Shown here: in pieces, positions 1 to 14,573 of the stretch
Numbering within the stretch: the stretch's first letter is position 1
Layout: each line of letters opens with the position of its first letter
Assembly (NCBI RefSeq): GCF_001194135.2
Contig: NC_068987.1
Coordinates: forward strand, 92,658,352 to 92,722,351
Direction: 5' to 3'
DNA from: Octopus bimaculoides
Taxonomy: Eukaryota
DNA: 64,000 bases
Notes under the pieces: model-generated
Told to the model about the DNA's origin: nothing
What the model saw: only the letters and a program-made list of their open reading frames with translations
The model's database searches: none
Position numbers and translations under genes: made by a program

Positions 1-200
1 GATCTGTGTCCTTATATGTTCGAACAAAGGAATCTAGCACCCCCACTCAACTCAAAACAATATCTGTGTATCGCAATTTCCGGGTTATTTCCCTTAATCA
101 GCACAGTATAGCCAGCTGGAAACGATGTCACCTGGGGTTAAATTACAGCAACATTCATCCTAAACCAGGAATGCCATGTTATGTTGGCAAACAATTTTTA
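1..200. repeat. Partial copy of a dispersed inverted-repeat (MITE-like) family
   Basis: 1-27 matches 28768-28794 directly; 28-106 is the reverse complement of 28800-28878; 107-200 is the reverse complement of about 28676-28762. Confidence 0.7.
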
Positions 201-720
201 TTACCAATTCATAAGAGTTGACTACAGCCAAAATGATAACACTTGCTTGAATACAAATATTATCACAGAATATAAAACCTTAGTTGACTTTGCTATTCAA
301 ACTTTGGGGGTCGATAGAGCACTAGTTTCGACGTATTCGATTAAGCAACCTAACCCGAAATATCAGGCCTTGCGTAAACAGTAGAAATGGATGTTATAGA
401 ATTTCCTAAAATTGAATTTCCCTTTACATCGCACCATTAATTATTTCATTAAGTAATTATTCATTAAGTAATTCTTGCGCGCGATTTAATTTCAAACCAC
501 TAAAAATGTAACTTATTAGATCGTCGGCCTCGTGTTTGTGCCGTTAGGGTTATCAATATTCAGAAGAAAACTGATTGACAGGCGTCTGATCAATTTTGAT
601 CAATTCGAACCACCTCTTAGTAGGTAGCTTCTAAATTATTTATTCATCCACTGCTGCACTTCTACTTCACAACTACCATGGTCTGCGCACACACTCCTAT
701 CAAGTATATTCTTTTCTAAT

Positions 721-890
721 CAAGGCGCTAGGCTTGAAATTTTGGGGTAGAGGGACCAGTCGATTAGATCGACACCAGTACGCAACTGGCAAAGTCGACC
801 TCGGTGGAATTTGAACTCAGAACATAAAGGAAGACGAAATACTGAGAAGCATTTCGCCCGGTGTGCTAACAATTCTGCCAGCTCTCCGCC
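721..890 (-). mobile_element. SINE family A copy with an internal deletion
   Basis: Matches 31146-31384 but lacks about 30 bp between gactttgcc and agttgcgtac. Confidence 0.8.
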
Positions 891-3094
891 TCACTCCTAT
901 CTAGGATATTGTCAAACATGACAGTGTGTCTCGGAATGGCTGCCTGTAGATACGGCTAGTAATGTTATCTAGCTTAAAGCATGAAACTAGGCGCACAACC
1001 GATCTTGGTAATAAGCGTAGTTTTCGGTTTTGACAAGCACCCACTATTTTGTGAGGAGGACACAGTTGATAATTATTTTTTTTTACATCATCAGCGCAAC
1101 AAGAGTTCATTTATATAACTTAGAAGTATGAAAAGTAAGGTTGAGCCTGAACATATTTGACTTCAGTTTATAAATAGTTGTTACTGAAAAGATATAGAAT
1201 TCGATTCTCACTCATTCTGTTCTTTTATACCGCGAAACCCCTTAGTTTGTCATTTGTCGAATTCTAGACACGAGATATTCATAGATTCTATAAACTACAA
1301 CATTGGCCTCGGTTCGATTGAACACTGAATGTAAAAAAAAATCATAACTTTATACTGAAAGCCTTTTTCAAATTGTCATTTCATTCTGCTGATCCAGCGT
1401 TCTTATTATCAACAGTGATAATGATTTATTTTACAATTCTGGTTTGGGAATGTAGTATTTTCATTTCATTAGTATAGAAAACCGTAAGCTAGTATTGAGA
1501 TTGCTTTCATTTCAATCAGCATTTCCATTTTCTCTGCCGCATACGAATTTTCTTTCTAAGAAACTTTTGTATGAATCCGTAGGTTAAATACAAGGTGAAT
1601 TGTACGGATATGGATATAAAGACTATGGAGAATCAAACAATGTTATAGCCCTGATGCTAGTCGTTTTAGCTCACACTTGCAATATTCAATATATTTATCA
1701 ATAGCTAACGAAATATTAAGTCTAGTCAGGATTAAAATTTGTAAAATGTCAGGCATATTTTTTTCCCAATTCACATGCGCTAATGTAGGAGAAGACAAGT
1801 CTTGCGGGCAGGAACTCGTCTTACTGTTTTTTCACTTCTGGTTGCAGTCACTTCATTTCAATGGTGTCGCTAATGCCCTGAAGAAAGGCATCATTACTCT
1901 ACAATAAACTTCTTTCTTAGTCAGTAATTCTAACATTTTTCTGTTTTCTGCAATACGTATGCTGCTCTCTATTTAATAACCGCTTTCACATATTCAGGTG
2001 ATTCGCTTGTGTTTTCGCATTTATTTTGTTACTCTTCTGTTCATTAAACCGATTAATTACTCTTTCGCATTATTTTTCCATTAATAATGCCTTCATAAAA
2101 CACATTATTCAGATTATATTAAAACAGATTTATTTAGTTCTTTCTCAGGCTACTCTTCTGCCATTCAGTTATTAGGTTATTTGCTTATTTGTTCTTTGTT
2201 TTCTTCTGTCTTCCGCTCTGCTTTCTACTCAAAATACATGTTCATTTTGGTTTTTTGACAATTACACCTTTCAATCATTGCAGGCTTCTTTCTTTTTGCC
2301 ATTTATCTTCTCATTAAGCTACTCATTATATTGAGTTTCTCATTTGCTTAATATCATGTTCCCATTTTACCGGTATACGTCGTCGTTCATTCAGTTTTAT
2401 TATTCTATCGATCATTACGTCATGTGTGTCGCTTATTCATAATATGGAGGCATTCGTTTATACCTCAATAAAATATGCCAATGAAGTGGAGTCCATTAAA
2501 AAACCATCCTCCTTTACTGTTTCTGTCTTCTAAATATGTGCAGCCTGCCGTACCAGATAACGTAAATACTGTTTGAATAAAAAAATAATAATATATATGA
2601 CAGAAAACAATATCTACCGTTATTCAAGCACATCCTTTTACGAGCCAGGCTTGATTATAGCTGTGTAACAATGTCCAAATCGAGGGATGCGATAAAACGC
2701 ATACCGGCAAATGTAAGGCTTTATATTACATTACGTTGATAGCTATTTTACTAATGAATGTAGAGAAAAGTAAAGGTATTTCCCTAGTGTTATGTTATCA
2801 GAGGGCACTTAACTTCTTGTGATAAATTTGATGGTAGGAGTGGCTGATTATATGACTAGGATCATGTCTGAGAGATCCGTCACGAAACTAATGGCTCCAC
2901 TGAGGGACTCTGCATGCAACTCTCTGTTTGCTAACTTTTTAAATGTTACCCAACATCTCGCAGAGTTTTTCATCTACACCAATGTGACACAGTTTCTGAT
3001 ATATTGTTCCGTGATCATATGTGTATATAACTATGAATATATATATATATATATATATATGGATTACGAGTGTTTATACATGCATACACGTGAA

Positions 3095-3430
3095 GCTGCA
3101 AACCTGAGTGGTTAGAGCATCGGGCTACAATCATGAGGTAGTAAGTTCGACTCCCTGGTCGGGCTTTTGTGTTGTGTTCTTGAGCAAGGCACTTTATTTC
3201 ACATTCCTCCAAGTTCACTCAGCTGTAGAAATGATTTGCGACGTCACTGGTGCCAAGCTATATCGGACTTTGCCTTTCTGTTGGATAACATCAGTGGTGT
3301 GGAGAGTAGAGGCTGGTATGCAAAGGTCACTGCTAGTTTTCCATAAACAACTTCGCACGGACTTTTACTTCGGAGGGTAACATTCTAAGTTCAATCCTAT
3401 AGTGATGCACGGCGAATGGGCGTCTTTACG
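3095..3430 (+). mobile_element. tRNA-derived CORE-like SINE
   Basis: gagtggttagagc A-box, agttcgactcc B-box, then ttcttgagcaaggcactttatttcacattcctccaagttcactcagctgtagaaatg. Confidence 0.7.
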
Positions 3431-4129
3431 CTTTGTATATGTATACCCACACGCGCTCGCATACACCTACATACACATGCATGCACACACGCACACATAC
3501 ACACACATATTGCTGATTCATAGAAACAAGAGGAATAATTAAGGTAGGGCTGAAATGCTACATAACCAAGACTATGCGGCAATAATGTCCCTTATATTTC
3601 AATACCCGATGTTAGAGGCGACAAATTCCGTAACATCCTTGTGTCTTTATTCTTCCAGTTCTTTATTTCATTCATTCCTTATTATTGTCTTTTCATCTTT
3701 TATACTTACCTTCCATTAAAACCATTCCTTTTTCATTATATATATCTTAGATTTGTGTTTTTGAATAGGATTAGTTATACTTTATTACTAAGTACTGTTT
3801 ATTAAATAACCATTATCTATGAATATTCACCGTTTGTAGCCGCGATGAGAATTTGAACTGCATACCCCTTTAATTAGACGGCAAGTAACTTAGAATTTCA
3901 CAATGAGTTGTATATATATATAAATTAATTGTTAAGTAGAGTCAGTACCGCAAATATTTGACAAAAACTAACACTTTGAATTAGATTAGAAGTGTAGTTG
4001 ATTTGGCAACTTTAATGCTGTTTGAGAGAACTAATTTCCATGGTGGCAAACAAATGTCGTATGTAAATATTACAAAGTCTTAATTCTTAAGGAAATAAAT
4101 ATGTCTTCCATATTCAGTATGCTAAAACA

Positions 4130-4710
4130 GGCTAGGCTGTGCGGCAAGAAGCATGCTTCCCAACCACATGCTTCCGATTTAGTCCTGCTACGTGGCACCT
4201 TGGGCAAGTGCGTTCTATTATAATTTCAGACCAATACCAATCAAAGCCCTGTGAGTGGATTTGGTAGGCGAAAACTGAAAGAATCCTGTCGTACATATAT
4301 ATACATATATATACATACATATATATATATATNNNNNNNNNNNNNNNNNNNNNNNNNNNNNNNNNNNNNNNNNNNNNNNNNNNNNNNNNNNNNNNNNNNN
4401 NNNNNNNNNNNNNNNNNNNNNNNNNNNNNNNNNNNNNNNNNNNNNNATATGGGTGTGTGTGTGTGTGTGTCTATGTGTGTGTCATTTCCTCTGTGTTTTC
4501 CCAACACCACCATCACCCTCAGCGCTTGGTAACAAGTGTTCTTATGTTTGCATGCCCGAAACTTCGGAGTTCAGAAAAAGACACCGAGAGAATAAGTACC
4601 AGACTTGAAAAAGAAGTACTACGGTCTATTCATTCGACTAGAAATCCAAGGTGGTGCCCCAGGATTGACACAGTCTAAAGACTGAAATACGCTCAAAGTA
4701 AAAGAAAAAA
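4130..4710 (+). mobile_element. SINE family B copy spanning a gap
   Basis: Head (ggctgtgcggcaagaagc...ggcaccttgggcaagtg) before the gap at 4333; tail (cgcttggtaacaagtg...gagaataagtacc) after it. Confidence 0.75.
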
Positions 4711-5548
4711 ACTTGTATACGTACACGTACTGAAACAATAAATACAAGTTAACATTCAATCACACTCACACACACACACATACGCGCGCGCAAATACAGG
4801 CACAGACGCAAACATATGCATACCTACATATATGTATATACTTATCGATACACACATATAAATACATGCATAAACAGACACACACACACACACATATATA
4901 TAGATAGGTAGATATTCATATGCAGATATACGAGTATGTATGTATAAGTTTATCGAATATATACAAGCATATGATTTATAATTGTGCGTGTGTGTTCATN
5001 NNNNNNNNNNNNNNNNNNNNNNNNNNNNNNNNNNNNNNNNNNNNNNNNNNNNNNNNNNNNNNNNNNNNNNNNNNNNNNNNNNNNNNNNNNNNNNNNNNNN
5101 NNNNNNNNNNNNNNNNNNNNNNNNNNNNNNNNNNNNNNNNNNNNNNNNNNNNNNNNNNNNNNNNNNNNNNNNNNNNNNNNNNNNNNNNNNNNNNNNNNNN
5201 NNNNNNNNNNNNNNNNNNNNNNNNNNNNNNNNNNNNNNNNNNNNNNNNNNNNNNNNNNNNNNNNNNNNNNNNNNNNNNNNNNNNNNNNNNNNNNNNNNNN
5301 NNNNNNNNNNNNNNNNNNNNNNNNNNNNNNNNNNNNNNNNNNNNNNNNNNNNNNNNNNNNNNNNNNNNNNNNNNNNNNNNNNNNNNNNNNNNNNNNNNNN
5401 NNNNNNNNNNNNNNNNNNTATGTATGTATGTATGGCCTGTCCGTCTTAGCACCGTCTATGTGTCCGGATGTTTTATTGTCGTCTGTTGCGTTCTTGTTTC
5501 ATTCTCGAGATTTATATATATGCGTTCTTACTTGCATACTTAGAACCC

Positions 5549-5608
<60 letters not shown>

Positions 5609-7507
5609 ATTCCACGTCATATTTAGACGTAGTACACATATATTGCTAGACAGACACAATCGCAACATATATAGTTGCATATAGAAACATACTATCAAAA
5701 GTTACACACATACATACATGTACTTTTATATACACACACATACGTACATATATACAAACACGCATACATTAAGATACACAGATATAAAAAATGCATTTAT
5801 GTATATATACAAAAATCAAAGGGATAAATACGGTAAGTATTTATGAAGAAATGCTATCACAAACATACACACAACGTATTTACATATACACATGCATACA
5901 TACATACATACATACATACATACATACACACATACATACATGCGTACATACATATCTATATGCGGACGTACATACGTACATCTACACATGTGCATTAATG
6001 ATTTCCTAGCATAGAAAGATTGAACAAATTCTCACGTTTTCACAGTCCTAATCAAAGGAAAGGAATTGAGAAACATACCGTTATATCATCTCATATCTCA
6101 GTGTAATACACAATTATATTCACGGACATTATTTACACCTGAACACAGACATCAAAACTGAAAATTTCATATATACACCCATAGCTACACACAGAGACGC
6201 TCTCTATTTTCTTTGTCCATCTCTTTTGTACACATAGAACCCCACATTGACGGGCATAGTTTCGTAAAGGCATCTACTTGCACATAGTTATTGGATATAT
6301 GGATGGTCAAGCGATGAATAGATATAATACAAATGCTTTAAATGCAAGTAGAGAAAACGAAATGCAAGGCAGAGAAGGAGGGAGGGCTACAAAGGGATGT
6401 TACGTTGAGGTAGAAAATAACTAGAGAAGGAAAGACATATTGAAAATAATGTAATATAGAAAGTAATAAATAAAAGAAGACTAAGAACAAAGCGAGGAGA
6501 AATGTTATTACTACATGACTGACATGATCAAATAATTCATGACACATACATTAACGGTATGACTTATAACTAACATATTAACTTACTATATTAAAATCGA
6601 ACGAGAAGAAAATATTGTAAAGAAGAAAATCAGAAGAAAACTATCATATATCACTTCTTCCTCTTTTTCCTTCTTCGCTACTATCTCTTTACCCNNNNNN
6701 NNNNNNNNNNNNNNNNNNNNNNNNNNNNNNNNNNNNNNNNNNNNNNNNNNNNNNNNNNNNNNNNNNNNNNNNNNNNNNNNNNNNNNNNNNNNNNNNNNNN
6801 NNNNNNNNNNNNNNNNNNNNNNNNNNNNNNNNNNNNNNNNNNNNNNNNNNNNNNNNNNNNNNNNNNNNNNNNNNNNNNNNNNNNNNNNNNNNNNNNNNNN
6901 NNNNNNNNNNNNNNNNNNNNNNNNNNNNNNNNNNNNNNNNNNNNNNNNNNNNNNNNNNNNNNNNNNNNNNNNNNNNNNNNNNNNNNNNNNNNNNNNNNNN
7001 NNNNNNNNNNNNNNNNNNNNNNNNNNNNNNNNNNNNNNNNNNNNNNNNNNNNNNNNNNNNNNNNNNNNNNNNNNNATATATATATAGTATGTATTGGTGG
7101 TGTGTTTATTGTGCTAAGCATGAGGGCCAATATTGTATATGGATTTATGGCATGGAAGTAATTAAACAATAGGCGCCAATAGGAGAGCGACGGCCCGATA
7201 CCACCTAACTATTCAATAAATTCTGAAGTTCTATTTCATAAAAGCAATCACATGTTTCGCCGTCCACGATAGTTTATCCTTGACTGGAACAAAATAAAAT
7301 TTCAGTTATTGATATACATGTGTAAACCCCCACAATATTATGCATAATACATACATACATTTATATGTATGTATGTATGTATGTATGAATGTGTGTATGT
7401 ATGTATGTATGTATGGATGTATGTGTGCATCTATCTAGCTATCTATGTATCTGTCTCTCTTTCTTTCTCTCTCTCTTTCTCTCTCTCCCTCTCTTTCTGT
7501 CTGGCTG

Positions 7508-7538
<31 letters not shown>

Positions 7539-8466
7539 ATATATATATATANNNNNNNNNNNNNNNNNNNNNNNNNNNNNNNNNNNNNNNNNNNNNNNNN
7601 NNNNNNNNNNNNNNNNNNNNNNNNNNNNNNNNNNNNNNNNNNNNNNNNNNNNNNNNNNNNNNNNNNNNNNNNNNNNNNNNNNNNNNNNNNNNNNNNNNNN
7701 NNNNNNNNNNNNNNNNNNNNNNNNNNNNNNNNNNNNNNNNNNNNNNNNNNNNNNNNNNNNNNNNNNNNNNNNNNNNNNNNNNNNNNNNNNNNNNNNNNNN
7801 NNNNNNNNNNNNNNNNNNNNNNNNNNNNNNNNNNNNNNNNNNNNNNNNNNNNNNNNNNNNNNNNNNNNNNNNNNNNNNNNNNNNNNNNNNNNNNNNNNNN
7901 NNNNNNNNNNNNNNNNNNNNNNNNNNNNNNNNNNNNNNNNNNNNNNNNNNNNNNNNNNNNNNNNNNNNNNNNNNNNNNNNNNNNNNNNNNNNNNNNNNNN
8001 NNNNNNNNNNNNNNNNNNNNNNNNNNNNNNNNNNNNNNNNNNNNNNNNNNNNNNNNNNNNNNNNNNNNNNNNNNNNNNNNNNNNNNNNNNNNNNNNNNNN
8101 NNNNNNNNNNNNNNNNNNNNNNNNNNNNNNNNNNNNNNNNNNNNNNNNNNNNNNNNNNNNNNNNNNNNNNNNNNNNNNNNNNNNNNNNNNNNNNNNNNNN
8201 NNNNNNNNNNNNNNNNNNNNNNNNNNNNNNNNNNNNNNNNNNNNNNNNNNNNNNNNNNNNNNNNNNNNNNNNNNNNNNNNNNNNNNNNNNNNNNNNNNNN
8301 NNNNNNNNNNNNNNNNNNNNNNNNNNNNNNNNNNNNNNNNNNNNNNNNNNNNNNNNNNNNNNNNNNNNNNNNNNNNNNNNNNNNNNNNNNNNNNNNNNNN
8401 NNNNNNNNNNNNNNNNNNNNNNNNNNNNNNNNNNNTATATATATATATATATATGTATATATATAC

Positions 8467-8497
<31 letters not shown>

Positions 8498-8556
8498 TAT
8501 ATATATCATGTATATAGATAGACAGGTAGATAGATAGATAGCTAGAGAGAAAGAGA

Positions 8557-8604
<48 letters not shown>

Positions 8605-8659
8605 CAGAGAGAGAGAGAGAAATGGACAGATAGACAGATACGTCTGCATGTGTGTGTAT

Positions 8660-9100
8660 GTGTGTCCACTTGGCTGTTAGTTGAATACAATGCAGTAAGG
8701 GAATGAATTTCTGGCCACGTTTAAAGCTGCGTGGGACTATGCCCTCCACTTTCACCTTCATTATCACTTCATCCATAATTATTGACTCTGTTATATTTTC
8801 CACAATCTCACTTGATGCTTGAACAATCATGTTTAGTGTTTGTCCCTTCCATATCACGCTTTCCTTTTTAGTGACCTGGAAAACCACTATGCTTTCCTCA
8901 TTTCCAAGGAGGACAGCGTCTGCTACCCAGACCACATCGATTTCTGGTGGGATTCTTTCTACACTGACTCTTTTTGCTCTTAGTCCTCGGTAAGTGGGCA
9001 GAAGCACCACTTCCTCACTCTTGATAGTTGTCAGCATACAACTACTTCAATTTTATTTACATTCTTTTGCAACTGCTGTACTTTGATACAGGTATGGAAA
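8660..9100 (-). pseudogene. Protein-like fragment, probably a LINE ORF1/gag-type remnant
   Basis: About 120 open, non-low-complexity codons (TIKSEEVVLLPTYRGLRAKRVSVERIPPEIDVVWVADAVLLG...), with stops just upstream and no convincing splice sites. Family assignment is inference. Confidence 0.4.
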
Positions 9101-10189
9101 ACGTTGGCCCGGTGAGGGAATGCATGGAAAATTCGGTGAGGGAGCTGTGATTATTAGAAAGACAATTAATGTCTAAATATTATGTGAAATAAAATAGAGC
9201 GGTGACGTTGAGAGTTGAACACAAGCATTGACTTTCATTTACTGTGCTTGGCGACAAGTATTTCTTGTTCGTTTATATCTACGAGGAATGTTGAGAATTG
9301 AAAGAAAACAGGTACGAAAGCAAGCGCTATTTAGTATGTGTCAATAGACGTGTGATTGTAACTTATTAATGAATGTGTATATTTGCCAGCCAGTTGTATA
9401 TTCACATGTAGAAATGACTGACTAAAGACATATCAACAAGTGAGAGCTAATCCTTTCGACTTGCAAGAATTAAAAAAATATTACATTTATTGTAGCTGAT
9501 AAGCAGATGACTTGTCATTCCACAAATCACTCTTTAGTAATTCAGTGCTTATCGCATATTTCAAGGTGTTTCAGGGCAATGCATTTTGCAACAGTTTATA
9601 AGGATTCACATATAAATGTTAATTTATTTGTTTAGAAATGTCAATTGCCAATAACCAATATTTTATCTTTCAGTCATTTATATATTCTTACAGTTTTCCT
9701 TTGGAAAACGATGATTAGTTTGTGGTGGTCAAAGACTACCGAACATCTTTTCGTACTTATTCGATTTGTATAGCATATTTTGTCTCCAACTCTATGTAAC
9801 TTTCAACAGCGGAAAGAATCAGTGGAAACTGTAACAAATCTCTCCCTTTCTTTCTGTCTTAATCTCTCTCTCTCTCTCTCTGTATCTCATACACACACGT
9901 GCGCACGCACACACAAACACACACACTCAGTTTCTTTATCTGTCACATTTTAATTGGCACATTTGAATCATTCTACTTTGCAAATTACACTACGGTTTTA
10001 AAATTTACTATTTTTACGCCTTATGATGTTCTGGGAAATATTCTTGCGCCACTTGGGAAGAAAACATTTATGTCACTTCTCCAATTTGAAAAAAAATGTC
10101 TTTTAATTACTTCTACATAGCAACACGTTATTACCGAAAAGTGCTTCTCTTAATATTATAACTTTCACCATTGATTACAAATCTGCTAA

Positions 10190-10372
10190 TTCTAGGAATT
10201 TTGAGGGAGAGGGCTAGTCGATTAGATCAACCCCGGTACGCAGCTAACTGTTACTTATTTTATCGAACCCGAATGGGATGAAAGGCAAAGTCGACCTCGG
10301 CAGAATTTCAACTCAGAACGTAACGGCTAAAATATTTCGCCCGGCGCGCTAACGTTTCTGCCAGCTCGCCGC
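10190..10372 (-). mobile_element. SINE family A copy
   Basis: aaaggcaaagtcgacctcggcagaatttcaactcag...aacgtttctgccagctcgccgc. Confidence 0.8.
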
Positions 10373-11374
10373 ATTATAAATCTGCTATATTCTTACCTTA
10401 TACGATCTGCATCTGAGTGAATTTGATTCGTTTTGCTGTTTAATGCTCTTGGTATTGTTGGTTATTTTTTTACCGTATGAATCGGAAGCTCTATCATATA
10501 TATAAGTGAAATCAATAATTGCTTATTATATCGTGTGCAACATATTGTGTACAAGGATCAGGCGACTTATAACAAACAAAGTAAAATGTTACTCGATTTA
10601 GCTGCCGTTTCATCAGCCGGACCTGCCTGAGTTCAACTGAATCTTTCCCTCCATAAATATGGCTAGGATACAAGTTAAATATATTTTCTAATCTTCTGTA
10701 AATCATAAATAGGGTACTTAATAAAAAAATAATCTCAGGAAAACTAAAAGCCCGAGTTTTCTTTCAATTCTTACCCATGCAATGCATGTCTTGACTGTTT
10801 TTGTTTCTTCAAAGCGATACACAGTAAAATTATTCTATGCTATTTCCTTTCACTACAATATTTTATGAGATCTAACTAGGATTCTTTTTCGCCATTGCCT
10901 CCAACCAAACATTCAGTACAGAATACGCAATATAAAACCTTTGCCATTTGACTTTTTCTAAATAAATATCGCTATGTGATAAGAGTAAAATTATAATAAT
11001 GATTCGAATGATGATTCTCCTTCGAATTTGAATTATTATTTTTCATCCTAAATAATAAATGCTTCGCTGAATGGGGAAGTAAGTGTATTTCATAGCTTAT
11101 ATAAATAATGTCGGACATTTAGCAGGTTCTCATGTTATTTATCTTTATTGATCATAGGCTTCAGTATTCCAAGCGCACTCAGATCGTGTAAATACATCAA
11201 TTACGAAGGGGAAAATATTTATATGACATTAAAAAGATACTTTCTAGTTATATTTTAAGGTGACGATAGCTTTTATTGATTATATAATATTTATTGCCAA
11301 CCTCCGTGACACCACAAAACAAAGTGTATCTTCACAGACCGCAAGAATGCAACTCGATGCCAGATGCCTATCTA

Positions 11375-12655
11375 GTGTTATTATTATTTAAACTAGATCA
11401 AGGTATATTACTGAGCAGGGATGTTATATTGAGGTGTGGCGAGTAAACGTCTCTTTAAATCTCATGAATATTTCTTAGGAATCTTGCAAAATACATGATG
11501 ATACAGAATGATATTGTCAATTCGATTCTTTTAGGCGCTTAGGTAGCATTTTGAGCACCAAGTGTCCCAATTATCCGAATAATAATTGTGTTGGTGTTAT
11601 ATGGACAACCGCAATCACTTCAACTCTATGCCTATATCCTGACATTTATAAATTCATTCAATTTCTTTAGTTTCCAATTTCTTATAATATTACATTGAAA
11701 GTTTTTAACGTCACGTTTTTTTTTTTTTCGTTTACTCTCGAATGACATCTGGTCTTCGTGCTTCGTGTGTATCCTTCTCTTCTCGGCAGGTAGAGCCTGT
11801 CAGTATTACTCTTTAGGATGTTAGGCAGTGAGCCATTAGCGCGTCTTGAAAAATGAATTACTTCCATTTTCCTTCCATTTCGCCCATTTCACCTGCATTT
11901 TGTCCATCTTTACGTTTTGAGTTCAAATTCCGTCGCGGTTGACTTTAACCGTTCATTCTTTCGGGTTCGATAAATTAGGAAACATTTGAGTATTAGGGTC
12001 GATGTAATGGGTTTATCCCCTGCCCCAAAATGACAGACCTTGATCCTAAAATTTAAAACCATTATTAGTTTTAGGGTAGTCTGCGTTCTGCTTTATGATC
12101 GGCTTCCTAATTCTTCTCTGTAAGTTCTGAAGCCTTGGCTTTGTGCCTTTTACAAAAAGAGCTGAGTGTCTTAACACTGGCATGGCCCTGTATTAATTGC
12201 CTTGGTAGCATTCCCTACATTAATCCTTTTTAGCACCTCCGTAATTCTCTTGTGCTCCTTGAGGATTTCCTCTCTTCTTTCTCCCATTGTTGCAATACTT
12301 CTGGGTATTTGTATCTTCTATTATTTCTTAGTAATCGAACGATATCATCTGATACTACTTTTGTGCCATCAGATTTTATATTTTGGACTATATTCATAAT
12401 TTATAAACATATTTACTTACCTCGAACTGCATTCCAGTAGCCTGGGTTAATAACCTTTGCCTCTGACTAAGAGAAACCAGGTCATTTTCTCTTTTTGCAA
12501 GTACCATGACGTCATCCATACAAAGCAGGGTATTTTGAACTTCATTTTGCCAAACTCATTTTCTCAATATATTTGTCAAGGAGAGATTAAACAGCAATAC
12601 AGAAAAGTAATGGAGAAAGCGTGTCTCGATGGATCAGCCCCACCCCAGTAACTTT
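11375..12655 (-). mobile_element. Decayed R4/Dong-clade non-LTR retrotransposon, interrupted by a SINE
   Basis: Frameshifted motifs in order: DTLSPLLFCIAV, LLCMDDVMVLAK, YKYPEVLQ, GNATKAINT(W)AMPVLRHS, KSNTDRLYLPRREG, KCQDIGIELK, IIGTLGA, ARFLRNI. Ends at a short (AAT)n near 11380. Confidence 0.8.
11878..12066 (+). mobile_element. SINE family A copy inserted inside the R4/Dong remnant
   Basis: tacgttttgagttcaaattccgtcgcggttgacttt...; lies between two RT motifs of the LINE. Confidence 0.7.
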
Positions 12656-13699
12656 TCATGTTTCGTAACGATTCATGTATGCATAAACTAGATTTTCTAC
12701 TTTTTCCTCTCACGTCTTTACGTTTTTACAATCCGTAAATTATGCCAATATATATATATATATATATATATATGATACCATAAGAGAAATCGCAGAACAA
12801 GTTATATTAAATACTTGGTTGCAATTTGAAGGATTTAAATGAACTAAAATTGACTTTGGTTAAACGTTATGCTGTTTCATAGCCAGTTACTAATATTATA
12901 ATTTCTCCCGTATAAGTTGATGTAAACAGCATGCTTGTTAAAATACTGTATTTTAAGCATTTATGATAAAATATATCAATTTAGTACTAAGTGTATTTTT
13001 AATAGCAACAATATTACTGATATTTTCCTTATCAAATTTGCAAATCATTGATTAATGGGATCTGAAACATCAAAGACCTTGCAAATTCTGAAATCTGCAT
13101 TCCATGTATAGAAACCATTTTGACTAATTTCTAAGGTGTCAATATATATTATGCAATTTCAACCCTTTAATTTACTAATGCATGGAAACACAGACTTGCG
13201 AATATCTATGTTGCATCTCGGTAACTCAATTTAACCTGGTAGAACTAAACTGTATCGGGAATTAATGTCTCTGATATTCAAGAACACTTTTATATTCCAA
13301 GACACATCAATATACGGTGCCTAGTTTAGTTTCATCTCTTATCAATATTCGGCGATTACATGAGACCTATGTAACAGAAACAAATTCTTGTTTTACACTG
13401 TAGATATATTTATCACATATATCTGTTTATTTGGAAACATAAACCTGAAAAATATTGCACAACCTAACGCTAACAAACACACACACAGACGCACACAGAG
13501 ACTCACAGACAGAGACACACATACACACATACATACGCACAGACACACCAGTCTGCCTATTTTATTTGCATTTGATAAGTAATTATGTGTGTATAATAAC
13601 ATTTAAAAGCAGGGATTCATATATATGCGTTGGCTATGTGTTCGATACGAAGATAACTAGAGGTTAACTTCCTTACACCCACCCCGAGGACATACAGGA

Positions 13700-13870
13700 T
13701 GAGAAGTGATAAACCCGATCTACTGTCAACAGATCCGCCAACACTGGCCACAGGGAAATGCCTGTGTGGTACTTGGCTCGATCCTGATATACCTACCGAT
13801 CTCTCCTCTCCGGTTGTCACGAGGTTGCCTCAAATACTCTGGTAGCTTGTCTCTATATCTCTTCTTGGAC
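13700..13870 (-). mobile_element. RTE-type LINE C-terminal remnant
   Basis: Frameshifted AFPCGQCWRIC / SRSGL..., resembling the terminal CxxCxRxxxSRIGLxSH motif of RTE ORF2. Confidence 0.45.
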
Positions 13871-13923
13871 GTACTACTGTATCAAGAGGATATATGCTAA
13901 TACCTACCTACCTACCTACCTAC

Positions 13924-14009
<86 letters not shown>

Positions 14010-14478
14010 GTCTGTCTATCTACCTATTTATCTGCACACACACAAACATCTACTAATGCATATGTATTTTTTCAATGCGTACAAATAACAAGGAAGAAAA
14101 ATAAATGGTTACCAGGATAGTAAAACAATTCCCATATGTACCAAGAATATTACAGCCTACTTAAAAAGGTAGACATCCCAGGGTTTATTGAAACGTTCTT
14201 GTATAACAGATAAATTAAGAAATGGAGTTAAACGTAGGTGTTATTCAAATCTTTATACTTCGTACATATGTTTCGAAGCAAACATTGGTATTGTTCCAGA
14301 GGGTATAAAATGATGTAAAACAATGCGATCTTCTCATCATGGAAAAAAAGGAAGAGAAGCAACATAAATAATCCATTTTAACCGAATGTGATGACTGCGT
14401 ATATGATGAAGGGAAAGCTGGGAAGTTATCTAAAAAACGTTACATATATATATACATACATACACACACACACATATA

Positions 14479-14514
<36 letters not shown>

Positions 14515-14528
14515 TGTATGTGTGTGTG

Positions 14529-14573
<45 letters not shown>

